From NCBI GenBank assembly GCA_964414415.1, contig CAYPWJ010000001.1, positions 7,007 to 71,006 on the forward strand: DNA of 64,000 nt, read 5' to 3'. The DNA is from an uncultured Thermoplasmatales archaeon. Its GTDB lineage: Archaea; Thermoplasmatota; E2; UBA202; DSCA01. This document shows positions 51,614 through 61,378 of the stretch, one piece after another. Below the pieces are notes generated by a model that saw only the letters and a program-made list of their open reading frames with translations, had not been told where the DNA came from and made no database searches. The position numbers were made by a program, and so were the translations under genes. Position 1 is the first letter of the stretch. Each line of letters begins with the position of its first letter.

Positions 51614-51628
51614 TTAAAAGTTATATAG
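51614..51628 (+). promoter_or_regulatory. BRE/TATA promoter of the tRNA pair
   Basis: ttaaaagttatatag about 26-40 bp upstream of tRNA-Gln. Confidence 0.55.
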
Positions 51629-51653
51629 GGAAATGGTATTGCCAGAGTGAAAT

Positions 51654-51726
51654 AGCCCTGTGGTGTAGCGGCCAATCATATCGGGCTTTGGACCCGGTGA
51701 CGGCAGTTCGAATCTGCCCAGGGCTA
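51654..51726 (+). tRNA. tRNA-Gln(TTG)
   Basis: Acceptor AGCCCTG/CAGGGCT; anticodon arm TCGGG-CT TTG GA-CCCGG; T loop GTTCGAATC. Confidence 0.95.
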
Positions 51727-51733
51727 TGCGGAT

Positions 51734-51861
51734 GCTCCCGTGGTGTAGTCCGGCCAATCATCTCGGCCTTTCGAGAGCCCCGGAACCCCTTTAGAAAAGG
51801 TGTTTCATTCCCAAAGGCTCAAAGAAAGCCGATCACCCGGGTTCAAATCCCGGCGGGAGCA
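51734..51861 (+). tRNA. tRNA-Glu(TTC) with 53-nt intron at 37/38 (51774-51826)
   Basis: Acceptor GCTCCCG/CGGGAGC; BHB with CTTT/AAAG helix, CGA and AAA bulges, GAGCC/GGCTC outer helix; GTTCAAATC. Confidence 0.93.
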
Positions 51862-52004
51862 TTCCCTCCTTTTTCAGCCGTCAGGGTGGAAGCATGGACT
51901 GAATACTATCTGCCGCATGAACTAAATATCTATCTACATATCAGGGTCATGTTCCTGCTGCGTGCCGCAGTCTTCATCGCCCTGCAGGAGGGGGGACGTC
52001 GGCC

Positions 52005-52232
52005 ATGATTACCGTCAAATGCAGCACCTGCGGCCGGGATCTCTTCCGCTACCAGAAGCTGGGGAAGGGCAGGCTGCATCACTGCTGGAAGAAGCGTATC
52101 AGCCAGGATGACAGCATCCACGACGGCGATCGCTACCGGTGTCCCTGCGGCGCCGTCATCGGCCGCGATGCAGGAAGAAAAATCAACCTGGAGCGCGGCA
52201 ACATAACGACGTCAGGGACGGCGCTGCGGTAA
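52005..52232 (+). CDS. Small Cys/His-rich Zn-binding protein
   Basis: CSTC...Y.K.G.G.L..CW..RI...CPCG. Confidence 0.65.
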   Translation: MITVKCSTCGRDLFRYQKLGKGRLHHCWKKRISQDDSIHDGDRYRCPCGAVIGRDAGRKINLERGNITTSGTALR

Positions 52233-52337
52233 CCTCGTATTGCTTGTATACCATTGGCAAAGCCATTGAAGGAAGGGAGACATGGAAATCACTCAGGCTG
52301 GATAACGATTTTATAGCAGGATGGCGATGCTCGCTCT

Positions 52338-53894
52338 ATGAAAACAGTGTATCTGTGCATCCTGGCGGCCGCGGTCATCGGGATGGCGCCGCTGGGCGGC
52401 GTGTCGCTGCATGAAAGCACGTCATCTCCGGCGGCGGATGCATCCACGGCGGGTGACGGCGACCTCGACCCGCTGAGCGATGTCGAGGTAACCGTCGACA
52501 TCGAGAAGATACGCTCGCTGGTGGCGGACGACGTGCAGCCGGAGACCATCGACAGGATAGACCCGCTGAGCAAGCCTGACTTCTATGTCAAGGTGTACAT
52601 CAACGGGGAGGCGTTCACGAGCCCGGTCTGGCGGAACCAGCGATATGTGTATGACGGCTGGACGGTAACGGCGGATGTGCCCGACGACGTGGAGTACGTC
52701 GACGTGGTCATTGAGCTCTGGGATAAAAATGCCGGCCCTGACAGGCTGTGTGACCTGAGCATAAACGATGCAGGGTATCCCTCCAGCTACACCGCCAACC
52801 TGACGTACAGCATAAAGACGGGTCACTGGTGCGGAGACGACTATGTCCCCTACGAGGAGTACTGGTGCGGTCCCGACCGAAGCGGCTACGGCCGGCTGAA
52901 CGGCTGCGACGACAACAGCCAGTATGAACACGACCGGGACTGCGAGCTCTGGTTCGACATCCGGCAGAGCGACCCCGACGGCGACGGCATCCCCTACTGG
53001 ACCGAGGTCAACCGGTATGGCACCGACCCACAGGTGGATAACACCGGCGAGGACCCCGACGGCGACGGCATCCCCATCGAATGGGAACACCGGTGGGGCC
53101 ACGCCCTGGTGGTGAACTGGTGGCAGGACACCATCTACCCTGTCTGGCTCTACGACCCCTTTGTGCCGGAAAACCACAGCGAGCTGGACCCCGACGGCGA
53201 CGGGCTGACCAACCTCGAGGAGTACCGGACATCGCAGTGGGGCTCCGACCCATACCGAGATGACCTGTTTATCGAGCTCGACCAGATGAAGGCCGGTAAC
53301 GACGGACAGCCGGCCAGCACGCTCCCTGAAGGAGCGAAAGAACGGCTGCAGACCGCCTACGACAAGCACAACGTCGTCTACCATCTCGACGACGGGTGCA
53401 TGGGCGGCGGAGAGATGATTCCGTTCGAGGAGGAAACCGGCGTGGAGGAGCTCCGGGAGGAGTACTATCATGATTACTTCCTGCATGGCGACAAGGATAA
53501 CTGGCGGCAGGGCGTCTTCCACTACGGCTTGGTGATATGGGACGGCGGCCACAACGGCTACGGGATACGGCGGGACATGTGGCAGATATCCGCCAAATAT
53601 GTCGAACAAAAACGCCGGCAGCTTTTCTTCATCGACGAGGACATCATCTACGCCAGCGTGTTCATGCACGAGACAGGACATTCCCTCAATATCAGGAATC
53701 CCGGCGTAGACAATTTCGATGCGATCTATCCCTGGCAGTCCGAATACTGGAAATACCGGCCGTATGAGAGCTGCATGAACTACGGGCATACCTACACCCT
53801 CGTCGACTACTCCGACGGCTCAAACGGGATGAACGACTTCGACGACTGGGATACCCTGGACCTCACCTACTTCACCGTGGGCGGCCACTGGTAG
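52338..53894 (+). CDS. Secreted protein: C2-like domain, DxDGDG repeats, HExxH metallopeptidase domain
   Basis: Signal peptide; DPDGDG three times; FMHETGHSLN and SCMNY Met-turn. Confidence 0.75.
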   Translation: MKTVYLCILAAAVIGMAPLGGVSLHESTSSPAADASTAGDGDLDPLSDVEVTVDIEKIRSLVADDVQPETIDRIDPLSKPDFYVKVYINGEAFTSPVWRNQRYVYDGWTVTADVPDDVEYVDVVIELWDKNAGPDRLCDLSINDAGYPSSYTANLTYSIKTGHWCGDDYVPYEEYWCGPDRSGYGRLNGCDDNSQYEHDRDCELWFDIRQSDPDGDGIPYWTEVNRYGTDPQVDNTGEDPDGDGIPIEWEHRWGHALVVNWWQDTIYPVWLYDPFVPENHSELDPDGDGLTNLEEYRTSQWGSDPYRDDLFIELDQMKAGNDGQPASTLPEGAKERLQTAYDKHNVVYHLDDGCMGGGEMIPFEEETGVEELREEYYHDYFLHGDKDNWRQGVFHYGLVIWDGGHNGYGIRRDMWQISAKYVEQKRRQLFFIDEDIIYASVFMHETGHSLNIRNPGVDNFDAIYPWQSEYWKYRPYESCMNYGHTYTLVDYSDGSNGMNDFDDWDTLDLTYFTVGGHW

Positions 53895-54041
53895 CATACA
53901 CAGCCCGGCCACTATCCATCACAGTGGCAATGGCGTTATAGTGCCCGGAGGACAGATTAGCCTATAGTCCGTACTTGAATACCCAGGACATGGAGCTGTC
54001 TCGCCGGCCACTATATTTAAATCACCGCTCGCGTTAGGCAG

Positions 54042-55466
54042 ATGATGAACAGGCGGCCATCGCATGTTGATTCCTTTCTTTTCGACCGCGTCGATGGAGC
54101 ATCGCTGCTCTGTCTCGTCGACGGCGAGCACTACCCGCCGGTGACCCGGTGGACGCTCGACGAGCTGGAGCAGGCTGGCGGCAGCATCGCCGGGCTGGTC
54201 TTCATTGGCGGCACCGAAAAAGTGGACAACGCTGTCGAGGAGCTGCAGAGCGAGGAGCAGCGCTACACCATATACATGGGCGGCGAGGACTTCGACGCAA
54301 CGCTGGAGACAGTGGACAGAGCACTGCAGGAGCAGCAGCCGGACCTCGTCGTTGACCTCTCCGACGAGCCGATCGTCGGCTACGACGAGCGCTTCCGTAT
54401 CGCTACCAGGGTGCTCATGCACGACGCGTGCTACGCGGGCGCCGATTTCTGGTTTTCGCCGCCACAGCGCTGTCGGGTGCTGTCGATGCCGAGCCTGGCC
54501 GTCATCGGCACCGGGAAGCGGGTGGGCAAGACGGCGGTCAGCGTGACGATTGCCCGACTGCTCGACGCCGGGGGCTACGACCCGGTCGTGGTGGCGATGG
54601 GCCGCGGCGGTCCCCCGGAGCCGGAGGTCATCCGTCCCGGTGAGCTGGATGTCACCCTTGATTTTTTGCTCGACGTCGCGGAGGGCGGCGGCCATGCCGC
54701 CTCTGACTACTGGGAGGACGCCATCCTGGCTGACGTGCCAACGGTGGGCTGCCGGCGGTGCGGCGGCGGGATGGCGGGCAGCCCGGTGCTGTCGAACGTA
54801 CTCGAGGGCGCCGCGATTGCCGGCGAGATGCCGCAGCGCTTCGCCATCATGGAGGGATCCGGTCCGACGCTGCCGCCGGTGGCGACCGACGCCTCGGTCG
54901 TCGTCGCGGGGGCGATGCAGCCCCTTCGCTATATCACCGGCTTTTTGGGTGAATATCGTCTCCGCCGCGGCGACCTGGCCGTGGTGACCATGTGTGAGGA
55001 GCCGATGGCGTCGGAGGCAAAGGTGCAGGAGGTGTACGACGGCATCCGGGAGATACGCCCCGACATAGAAGTGGCGTTGACGGTCTTCCGGCCTGAGCCT
55101 CATCGCGACATTGAGGGCCGGCGGGTGTTCCTGGCGACGACCGCTCCCCCCATCATGGAGGGCGCGCTGGCCGGCTACCTGGAGGAGACCTACGGCTGCC
55201 AGGTGGTAGCCGTGTCCACCAGTCTGTCCGACAGGGTGCAGCTCCGTCGGGATCTGGCCGAACTGGACGAGGCAGATGTGCTGCTCACCGAGATAAAAGC
55301 CGCTTCGATTGACGTTGCAGCGGCGATGGCACGTGCCAGCGAGTGCGACGTGGTCTTCATGCATAATCGGCCGATTGTCGTGGGGGGAACCGTCGACGCG
55401 CTGGACGAGGCGGCGCTCGACGTCTGCAGCAGGATTTGCAGTGAGCATGGAGGAGTGAAAGCATGA
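54042..55466 (+). CDS. cpgS: Cyclic 2,3-diphosphoglycerate synthetase
   Basis: LVDGEHYPPV, GGTEK, DLSDEP, GTGKRVGKTA, MGRGGP, HAASDYWEDA, RRCGGG, EGSG, EIKAA..D. Confidence 0.92.
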   Translation: MMNRRPSHVDSFLFDRVDGASLLCLVDGEHYPPVTRWTLDELEQAGGSIAGLVFIGGTEKVDNAVEELQSEEQRYTIYMGGEDFDATLETVDRALQEQQPDLVVDLSDEPIVGYDERFRIATRVLMHDACYAGADFWFSPPQRCRVLSMPSLAVIGTGKRVGKTAVSVTIARLLDAGGYDPVVVAMGRGGPPEPEVIRPGELDVTLDFLLDVAEGGGHAASDYWEDAILADVPTVGCRRCGGGMAGSPVLSNVLEGAAIAGEMPQRFAIMEGSGPTLPPVATDASVVVAGAMQPLRYITGFLGEYRLRRGDLAVVTMCEEPMASEAKVQEVYDGIREIRPDIEVALTVFRPEPHRDIEGRRVFLATTAPPIMEGALAGYLEETYGCQVVAVSTSLSDRVQLRRDLAELDEADVLLTEIKAASIDVAAAMARASECDVVFMHNRPIVVGGTVDALDEAALDVCSRICSEHGGVKA

Positions 55467-56341
55467 TGCAGGTACGTAAGGGAACGAAGCGGTATCCGTT
55501 TTCGAAGGGCATCCTGGCGAAGTCTATCGCCCGGACGGGGATAGGACTGGACGAGGTCTACGAGATTGTGCAGGACATCCAGGAGGACCTGCAGCGGCAG
55601 GGACTCGAGGAGGTGAAGACGTCGGAGATAAAACGAATGGTGTGCGAGCAGCTGCTCAGTCGGGAGTATCGGACGGAGGAGCGCCATTACAGGGTGACCC
55701 GGCAGATACAGTATCTGGAGAAACCCATCGTGGTGATGATCGGCGGCGGCACCGGCGTCGGTAAGTCGACCATCGCGGCGGAGCTCGCGCATCGCCTCGG
55801 CATCACGCGCTTCATCGGCTCTGACGGCATCAGGGAGATCATGCGGTACATGGTACCCCGGGATTTCATGCCGGTGCTGCATGAGTCGAGCTTCATGGCC
55901 GGTGAATGGCTGCATAACCCGTTTGTCGAGGAGAACATCGTCTACACGTTTACGCAGCAGGTCAACATGGTCAGCGAGGGCGTCCTCGCGTTCATCCGGC
56001 GGGGCATCAAGGAGGGGCTCCACACAATGCTCAACGGCATCCACCTGGTGCCCGGCTACATCGAGTTCGACAAGGAGCGAGACGACATGTTTTGTTTCCA
56101 CTATGTGCTGCATCTTTCGGACGTCGAGCATCACATCCAGCACATCTACTCGCGCTCGGAGGGCAGCCGACGGGACCCCGACCGCTATGTCGACCGGATA
56201 AGCAACATCAGGGAGATACAGCAGTTCATCACCGAGATGGCCAGGCAGCATGACGTCCCGGTCGTCGAGAACCATGATTTCGACGAGACGCTGAACACCA
56301 TCATGGATGACATCATCACGACGCTGGAGGGGCACCTATGA
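55463..56341 (+). CDS. pgk2: 2-phosphoglycerate kinase
   Basis: ATP-cone PFSKGILA; P-loop GGTGVGKST; D..RE.MR, LH.SS, G.HLVPG; overlaps cpgS stop. Confidence 0.88.
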   Translation: MMQVRKGTKRYPFSKGILAKSIARTGIGLDEVYEIVQDIQEDLQRQGLEEVKTSEIKRMVCEQLLSREYRTEERHYRVTRQIQYLEKPIVVMIGGGTGVGKSTIAAELAHRLGITRFIGSDGIREIMRYMVPRDFMPVLHESSFMAGEWLHNPFVEENIVYTFTQQVNMVSEGVLAFIRRGIKEGLHTMLNGIHLVPGYIEFDKERDDMFCFHYVLHLSDVEHHIQHIYSRSEGSRRDPDRYVDRISNIREIQQFITEMARQHDVPVVENHDFDETLNTIMDDIITTLEGHL

Positions 56342-56772
56342 GCATGGACGCCGCGTATCCCGGCTTCTCCGAGCTCGGGAAGCCCATCCGCGAGGTGGTC
56401 ACCAAGCGGCTCATCGGCGTCACCGTCGGCAGCACGCTGCAGGAGGGCGTCGCCAAGATGGTTGAGTTCACCATCAGCTCGCTCGTGGTAACCGATGACG
56501 GGGAGCCGGTCGGTCTCATCACCGACGGGGACGTCAAGCGAGCTGTCGCCGAGGGTCTCCCGCCGGATACCCCTGTGGAGCAGGTGATGACCAGCCGGCT
56601 GATTACCGTCGACATCAGCACATCCATCCGGGAGGTGCTTGAGTCCATGTCCCGGCAGAAGATAAAGCACATGCTGGTCTCCGAGCGAGGCGACATCATC
56701 GGTGTCATCACGCTCAGGGATCTCGAGGACATGCACAGGCAGCGGCTGGAGACCTACATCTCACGTGAATAA
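56338..56772 (+). CDS. CBS-domain pair protein
   Basis: SSLVV...GLITDGD, VM T, HMLV...GVITLRD. Confidence 0.9.
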   Translation: MSMDAAYPGFSELGKPIREVVTKRLIGVTVGSTLQEGVAKMVEFTISSLVVTDDGEPVGLITDGDVKRAVAEGLPPDTPVEQVMTSRLITVDISTSIREVLESMSRQKIKHMLVSERGDIIGVITLRDLEDMHRQRLETYISRE

Positions 56773-56773
56773 G

Positions 56774-58270
56774 ATGCGTATATTCCATCTCTCGGACACC
56801 CATGTCGGCGACGCCTCCAGCTTCAACAAGGGGACGCTCTACCGCCTGCTTGAAGCGGTCGAGGAGTCCGACTGTGACGTGGTCATCCACACCGGCGACG
56901 TGACCCAGGGCGGCCGCAAGCGGGAATACCAGCGGGCCAGACAGATGCTGCCAAAGATAGACGCGCCCATGGTGATCCTGCCCGGCAACCACGACGCCCG
57001 GTCGGGTGGCCTGCATCTGTTCAAAGAATATATCGGCGAGACCAGCGGCGTCCGGGAGATCGGCGATGCCGTCATCATCTACGTCAACAGCGCGTTCGCC
57101 GACAGCGACCAGGGCCGCGTCGGGATGGTCAAATACGACATGATGCGCTCGGCGCTCAACGAGCACAGCGACGCGCCCGTCAAGGTCATCGCGCTGCATC
57201 ATCACGTGGTCCCCATCCCGCGGGCGGGCCGGGAGCGCAACGTGCTGTACAACGCCGGGGATATCCTCGACCTCATCCTGAGCAGCGACGTCGACCTGGT
57301 GCTGTCGGGCCACCGCCATTACCCCAACATCTACCGTATCGAGAACACAGTGTTCATCAACGCCGGTGCTGCCTCGGCGACGAAGACTCGCTACGGCGAC
57401 GTGAACTCCTATAACGTTATCGACATCGATGCGGAGCGGCAGCATGTGAGCACGAGACGGGTGGATGGCTCCCGGCAGCGGCAGTCGTTTCCCCGCCGTC
57501 GCCGTCATGTCTTTTCTGATTTCGGCCGCCGTGTGTTCCGGGTGGTGCATGTCTCCAACAGCTGTATATCGGACGGCCGGGCGTTTCTCCTGCAGCATTT
57601 CCGCAACGCGGTGGATGGCATCGCGGGTCTGCAGCCCGACCTGATGGTGCACTGCGGCGGCATCGTCCGGGAGGGCATCGCGCAGGACTACGAGGTCGCC
57701 ACAAGGGAGCTCTCAGCGCTCAACGTCCCCGTTGTCTACACGCCGGCCGGCCGGGACATCAACTACCTGGGCTATCATCTCTTCGCTGCTCACTTCGGCC
57801 AGTTCGACCAGGCGTATTCCGACGACGACATCCTGTTCCAGGGGATCTCGTCGGCACAGTATGACTCCCACGACGGCATCGTGGGGCCGACGGAGCGGCA
57901 GACGCTGCTCGGGCAGCTGGCCGATGCACCGCAGCAGATAAAGGCAGTGTTCCTGCATCACAACGTGCTGCCGATTCCACACAGCCGGGAGAAAGGCCTG
58001 CTCGAGGACAGCGGCGATCTGCTGCGTGAGCTCGTCGATGCGGGCATCGATCTCATTCTGACGGGGACGTCGTCTCATCCCTTCGCCGCCAGGATAAACA
58101 ACACCGTGGTCGTCAACGCCAACTCGCTGAGCAGCGTCTATCAGCGCAGCCTGTTCGGCAACTCGTTCAACCTCATCGACATCTACGAGGGTGCCATCGC
58201 GGTCTTCGAGATAAACAGCCTGTGGGGCCGCCGTCGGCTGCTCGGCATCTGGGCGCGGAACAACCGGTAG
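56774..58270 (+). CDS. Tandem metallophosphoesterase (first domain intact, second degenerate)
   Basis: Domain 1 DTH/GD/GNHD/HH/GHRH; domain 2 NSC/GG/AGRD/HH/GTSSH. Confidence 0.85.
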   Translation: MRIFHLSDTHVGDASSFNKGTLYRLLEAVEESDCDVVIHTGDVTQGGRKREYQRARQMLPKIDAPMVILPGNHDARSGGLHLFKEYIGETSGVREIGDAVIIYVNSAFADSDQGRVGMVKYDMMRSALNEHSDAPVKVIALHHHVVPIPRAGRERNVLYNAGDILDLILSSDVDLVLSGHRHYPNIYRIENTVFINAGAASATKTRYGDVNSYNVIDIDAERQHVSTRRVDGSRQRQSFPRRRRHVFSDFGRRVFRVVHVSNSCISDGRAFLLQHFRNAVDGIAGLQPDLMVHCGGIVREGIAQDYEVATRELSALNVPVVYTPAGRDINYLGYHLFAAHFGQFDQAYSDDDILFQGISSAQYDSHDGIVGPTERQTLLGQLADAPQQIKAVFLHHNVLPIPHSREKGLLEDSGDLLRELVDAGIDLILTGTSSHPFAARINNTVVVNANSLSSVYQRSLFGNSFNLIDIYEGAIAVFEINSLWGRRRLLGIWARNNR

Positions 58271-58948
58271 CTACGCCTTGGTGAGACGCTGCCGCTCCCA
58301 CCAGTACACCAGGAAATAGAAGCCGAGCATCGAGATGTTGTACAGGAAGTCCTCCACCGGTATCGTGGTCATCCTGATACCCCAGATGGCCCAGCCGCCG
58401 TAGGTCACGACAGGCGCCGCGGTCAGCAGGTAGTTGAATATCAGGAAGCCGACGAAGCTGAACAGGAGATAGAGCCAGAAATGCATGGAGGCCAGCACGT
58501 CCCGGAAAAATAGGGGAGCAACGACGAAAAACGCGGCTGTCACGACGAGGACGGTGGCGGTATATGACTGCTCATGGTACAGCGCTGCCAGTGCCAGCGC
58601 TGCGACGGCGACGGCTGCATAGAGCACGTGGGGCACCGGCAGCTCCCAATCCGGCAGAAACGCATGTAGCGCCTCGTAGATGAACAGGCAGCTGTAGGGC
58701 ACCACCACGAAGAACAGTATCTCCGCCAGTGGCAGCCCGAGGACCTCGATGCCCGAGGTATACGCATGGGCGAACGCCCAGTCGCCCCGGGCCGTCGCAA
58801 CGACGTCCCAGACAACGTAGGCGGTGCCGACCAGGGCGATGGACAGCCCGACGGCGGGCCATTTACGGTAGTAGCGGATGCGCCGCTCGAACGAAAACAG
58901 GAGCGGGACGGTCAGGATGATCGCGTCGAGCCATAGGTATTGTATCAT
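58271..58948 (-). CDS. crtY: Lycopene beta-cyclase (fused CrtYc/Yd type)
   Basis: Two repeats containing LPLAEILFF and IPVEDFLY; hydrophobic; in operon with crtB and crtI. Confidence 0.85.
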   Translation of the reverse strand: MIQYLWLDAIILTVPLLFSFERRIRYYRKWPAVGLSIALVGTAYVVWDVVATARGDWAFAHAYTSGIEVLGLPLAEILFFVVVPYSCLFIYEALHAFLPDWELPVPHVLYAAVAVAALALAALYHEQSYTATVLVVTAAFFVVAPLFFRDVLASMHFWLYLLFSFVGFLIFNYLLTAAPVVTYGGWAIWGIRMTTIPVEDFLYNISMLGFYFLVYWWERQRLTKA

Positions 58949-58949
58949 G

Positions 58950-59813
58950 CTATCCCGGCTGGCAGGAGGCGGTCTTCAAGGGCTTTGCCAGGACGTTGCG
59001 CAGCACGGTGACGACGATGTAGGGCACCACCGGCTTTACTTTCGTGCGGTACACGATGAAGGGGTCCTGCTCTATCTTGCGTGCAGTCCACTTGTACATC
59101 TCCGAGGCGGTCTTGACGGGGATGAGATACCGCTTCCCGATGAAGCGGAATCCCGCCTCCGCTGACGCCTGCCAGTTGCAGTAGCGCTCTACCTGCTCAC
59201 GGATGAAGGCGGTGAGGCCCTCGGGGTTGCCGCGTGCCTCCTGCTCTTCAAGTGTGCTGAGCCCGTGCCGCTGGAGCATCCGGAGCGGGAAATAGACGCG
59301 GCCAAACCGCAGGTCTTCGTCGATGTCCCGGATGAAGTTGATGTACTGCATCGCCCGCCCGAGCATCCGGGCTGCCGGCAGCGCCTCGTCGGGCAGCCGC
59401 ATGATGCGGGCCATCATCAGCCCGATGACCTCCGCGGAGCCGTGGATGTAATCGAGGAGGTCGTCCAGCGTCTCGTAGCGCTCCGTGTCCAGGTCCATCT
59501 CCATCGATTGGAGGAAAGCCTCCACCCACGCCGGGTCGAAGCCACGCTGTCTCAGCAACGCGGCGAAGCTGTCGACGATGACGTCGCCCGTTGTCTCTCC
59601 CTGAAGCGCCGCCTGGTAGCGCTCCCGGAATGCGTGGAACGCGTCGGGCTGCTGCGGGACGCTGTCGACATAGTTGTCGGCGGTACGGACGAAGGCATAC
59701 AGCCGGAAGACCTCCTCCCGGAGCTGGCGGGGGAAAAACAGGCTGCTGTAGAAGTAGGTGCGGCTACCTGCCTTGAACGTCTCAAAGATGCGTTTATGGA
59801 CCATGGTCATCAC
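58950..59813 (-). CDS. crtB: Phytoene synthase
   Basis: GSRTYF.SS, LYAFVR.AD..VD, M.MDL, GSAEVIG, Q..NFIRDI.ED...GRVYFP. Confidence 0.93.
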   Translation of the reverse strand: MMTMVHKRIFETFKAGSRTYFYSSLFFPRQLREEVFRLYAFVRTADNYVDSVPQQPDAFHAFRERYQAALQGETTGDVIVDSFAALLRQRGFDPAWVEAFLQSMEMDLDTERYETLDDLLDYIHGSAEVIGLMMARIMRLPDEALPAARMLGRAMQYINFIRDIDEDLRFGRVYFPLRMLQRHGLSTLEEQEARGNPEGLTAFIREQVERYCNWQASAEAGFRFIGKRYLIPVKTASEMYKWTARKIEQDPFIVYRTKVKPVVPYIVVTVLRNVLAKPLKTASCQPG

Positions 59814-61275
59814 GTATCAGTCGATGGGCAATCTGCGCCGATATCAGCGTCACCGGCACGCCGACGCCGGGATGGGTGTAATGCCCGGCATAGTAGAGAT
59901 TGTCCACTTTTTTGCTCCGGTGCCGCGGCCGCAGGATGGCGGTCTGCCGCAGCGTATGGGCGAGGCCGAGCGAGGTGCCCTTGTAGGCGTTGAAATAGGA
60001 GGCAAAGTCGTTATGGGCGAAGATGCGCTTCGTGACGACGTGCTCCCTGACGTTGACGCCGATGAGCCCCTCGAAATGACTCATGATTTTGTCGTAGTAC
60101 CGCCGGCGTATCTCCTCCGTGTCCTCAAGCCCCGGCGCGACGAGCACCAGGATGGTGAGGTTTTCGCCACCCTCCGGCGCCATCGACGGGTCGGTGTGGC
60201 TCTGGCAGCTCACGTAGTAGCTCGGGTCGTCCGGCCACCGCGGTCGGGAGCCGAAGACCTGCTCAAAGTAGCTGTCCCAGTCGGGGTTGAGATAGAGGTT
60301 GTGGTGCACCAGCGCGTCGAGCTTCGTGTCCAGTCCCAGGAAGATGAGGTAGGATGCCGGCGCCAGCGTGCGGCGCTCCCAATAGCGGCGCCCGTAGGTG
60401 CGGTAGCGCTCCGGCAGCATGTGCATCTCGCCGTGCCAGTAGTCGGCGGTGTTGACCACGAGGTCGGCGTCGACGGCTCCCTGGCTGGTGGATACGCCGG
60501 TGGCGACGCCGCCGTTCACTTGGATGCGCTTGACGTCGGTGTCGAACTGGAATGAGGCGCCCTGTTCCTGCGCCAGTTTATATACGGCCTGCATGACGCT
60601 GCCGTAGCCACCCATCGGGTACCAGATGCCGAGGTTGAGGTCGCAGTGTGTCAACAGCGAATACATGGCGGGGCTTATGTGCGGGGCGCCGCCGACGAAG
60701 GCAATGCTGTACTCGATGAGCTTCCGGGCTTTGACGCTTGAAAAATAGCGCTTGGTAAAGCGGTCGAGGCTCTGGAAGATGTGGAGCTTGAGGCCCTCCA
60801 CGATGAGCTGCGGGTCCAGGACGTCACGCCAGGACTCGTACTCGCGGTAGATGAAGTCGTCGATGGCGACCTCATATTGATATTTTGACTGCTCAAGGAA
60901 CTCTTGGAGCTTGGCGGCCCCGTTCGGCTCAAGCTCGTTGAAGAGGGCCATGTTCTGGTCGAGGTCGGCATGGACGTCGACGACGTTGCCGTCGCCGAAG
61001 AAGACGCGGTAGGAGGGGTCGAGCCTGACCGTCTCATAGTAGTCGCCCGGTGTCTTGTTGAACTCGGCGAAGAAGCGCTCGAAAGCCTCGAGCATCATGT
61101 ACCAGGAGGGACCCATGTCGAACGTGTAGCCTTTTTCCTCGTATACCATCGCGCGGCCGCCCGGCCGATTGTTTTTCTCGATGACGGTGACGTCGTAGCC
61201 GTCTCTGCCGAGCAGCGCCGCGGCGGCCATGCCGGCGAACCCGGCGCCGACGACCGCCGCGCTATCTGAGGACAT
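59794..61275 (-). CDS. crtI: Phytoene desaturase
   Basis: GAGFAG FAD motif, EKN..PGGR, FDMGPSWY, YP.GG, GLAHTL.QT, HPG.GVP. Confidence 0.92.
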   Translation of the reverse strand: MSSDSAAVVGAGFAGMAAAALLGRDGYDVTVIEKNNRPGGRAMVYEEKGYTFDMGPSWYMMLEAFERFFAEFNKTPGDYYETVRLDPSYRVFFGDGNVVDVHADLDQNMALFNELEPNGAAKLQEFLEQSKYQYEVAIDDFIYREYESWRDVLDPQLIVEGLKLHIFQSLDRFTKRYFSSVKARKLIEYSIAFVGGAPHISPAMYSLLTHCDLNLGIWYPMGGYGSVMQAVYKLAQEQGASFQFDTDVKRIQVNGGVATGVSTSQGAVDADLVVNTADYWHGEMHMLPERYRTYGRRYWERRTLAPASYLIFLGLDTKLDALVHHNLYLNPDWDSYFEQVFGSRPRWPDDPSYYVSCQSHTDPSMAPEGGENLTILVLVAPGLEDTEEIRRRYYDKIMSHFEGLIGVNVREHVVTKRIFAHNDFASYFNAYKGTSLGLAHTLRQTAILRPRHRSKKVDNLYYAGHYTHPGVGVPVTLISAQIAHRLIRDDHGP

Positions 61276-61378
61276 TGAACAATGAAATAACTGCCTGTTT
61301 ATGAAGCTATCGAAGCCGTCAAAACGAGAAAACTACTTCTAACAGCAGGCGCTATCGTAGTGCCCATACGAGGACGAC

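Noticed and set aside
51654-53894. Integrated element at the tRNA pair
   Set aside because: No integrase, no duplicated tRNA 3' end noticed, and flanking genes have host-like composition
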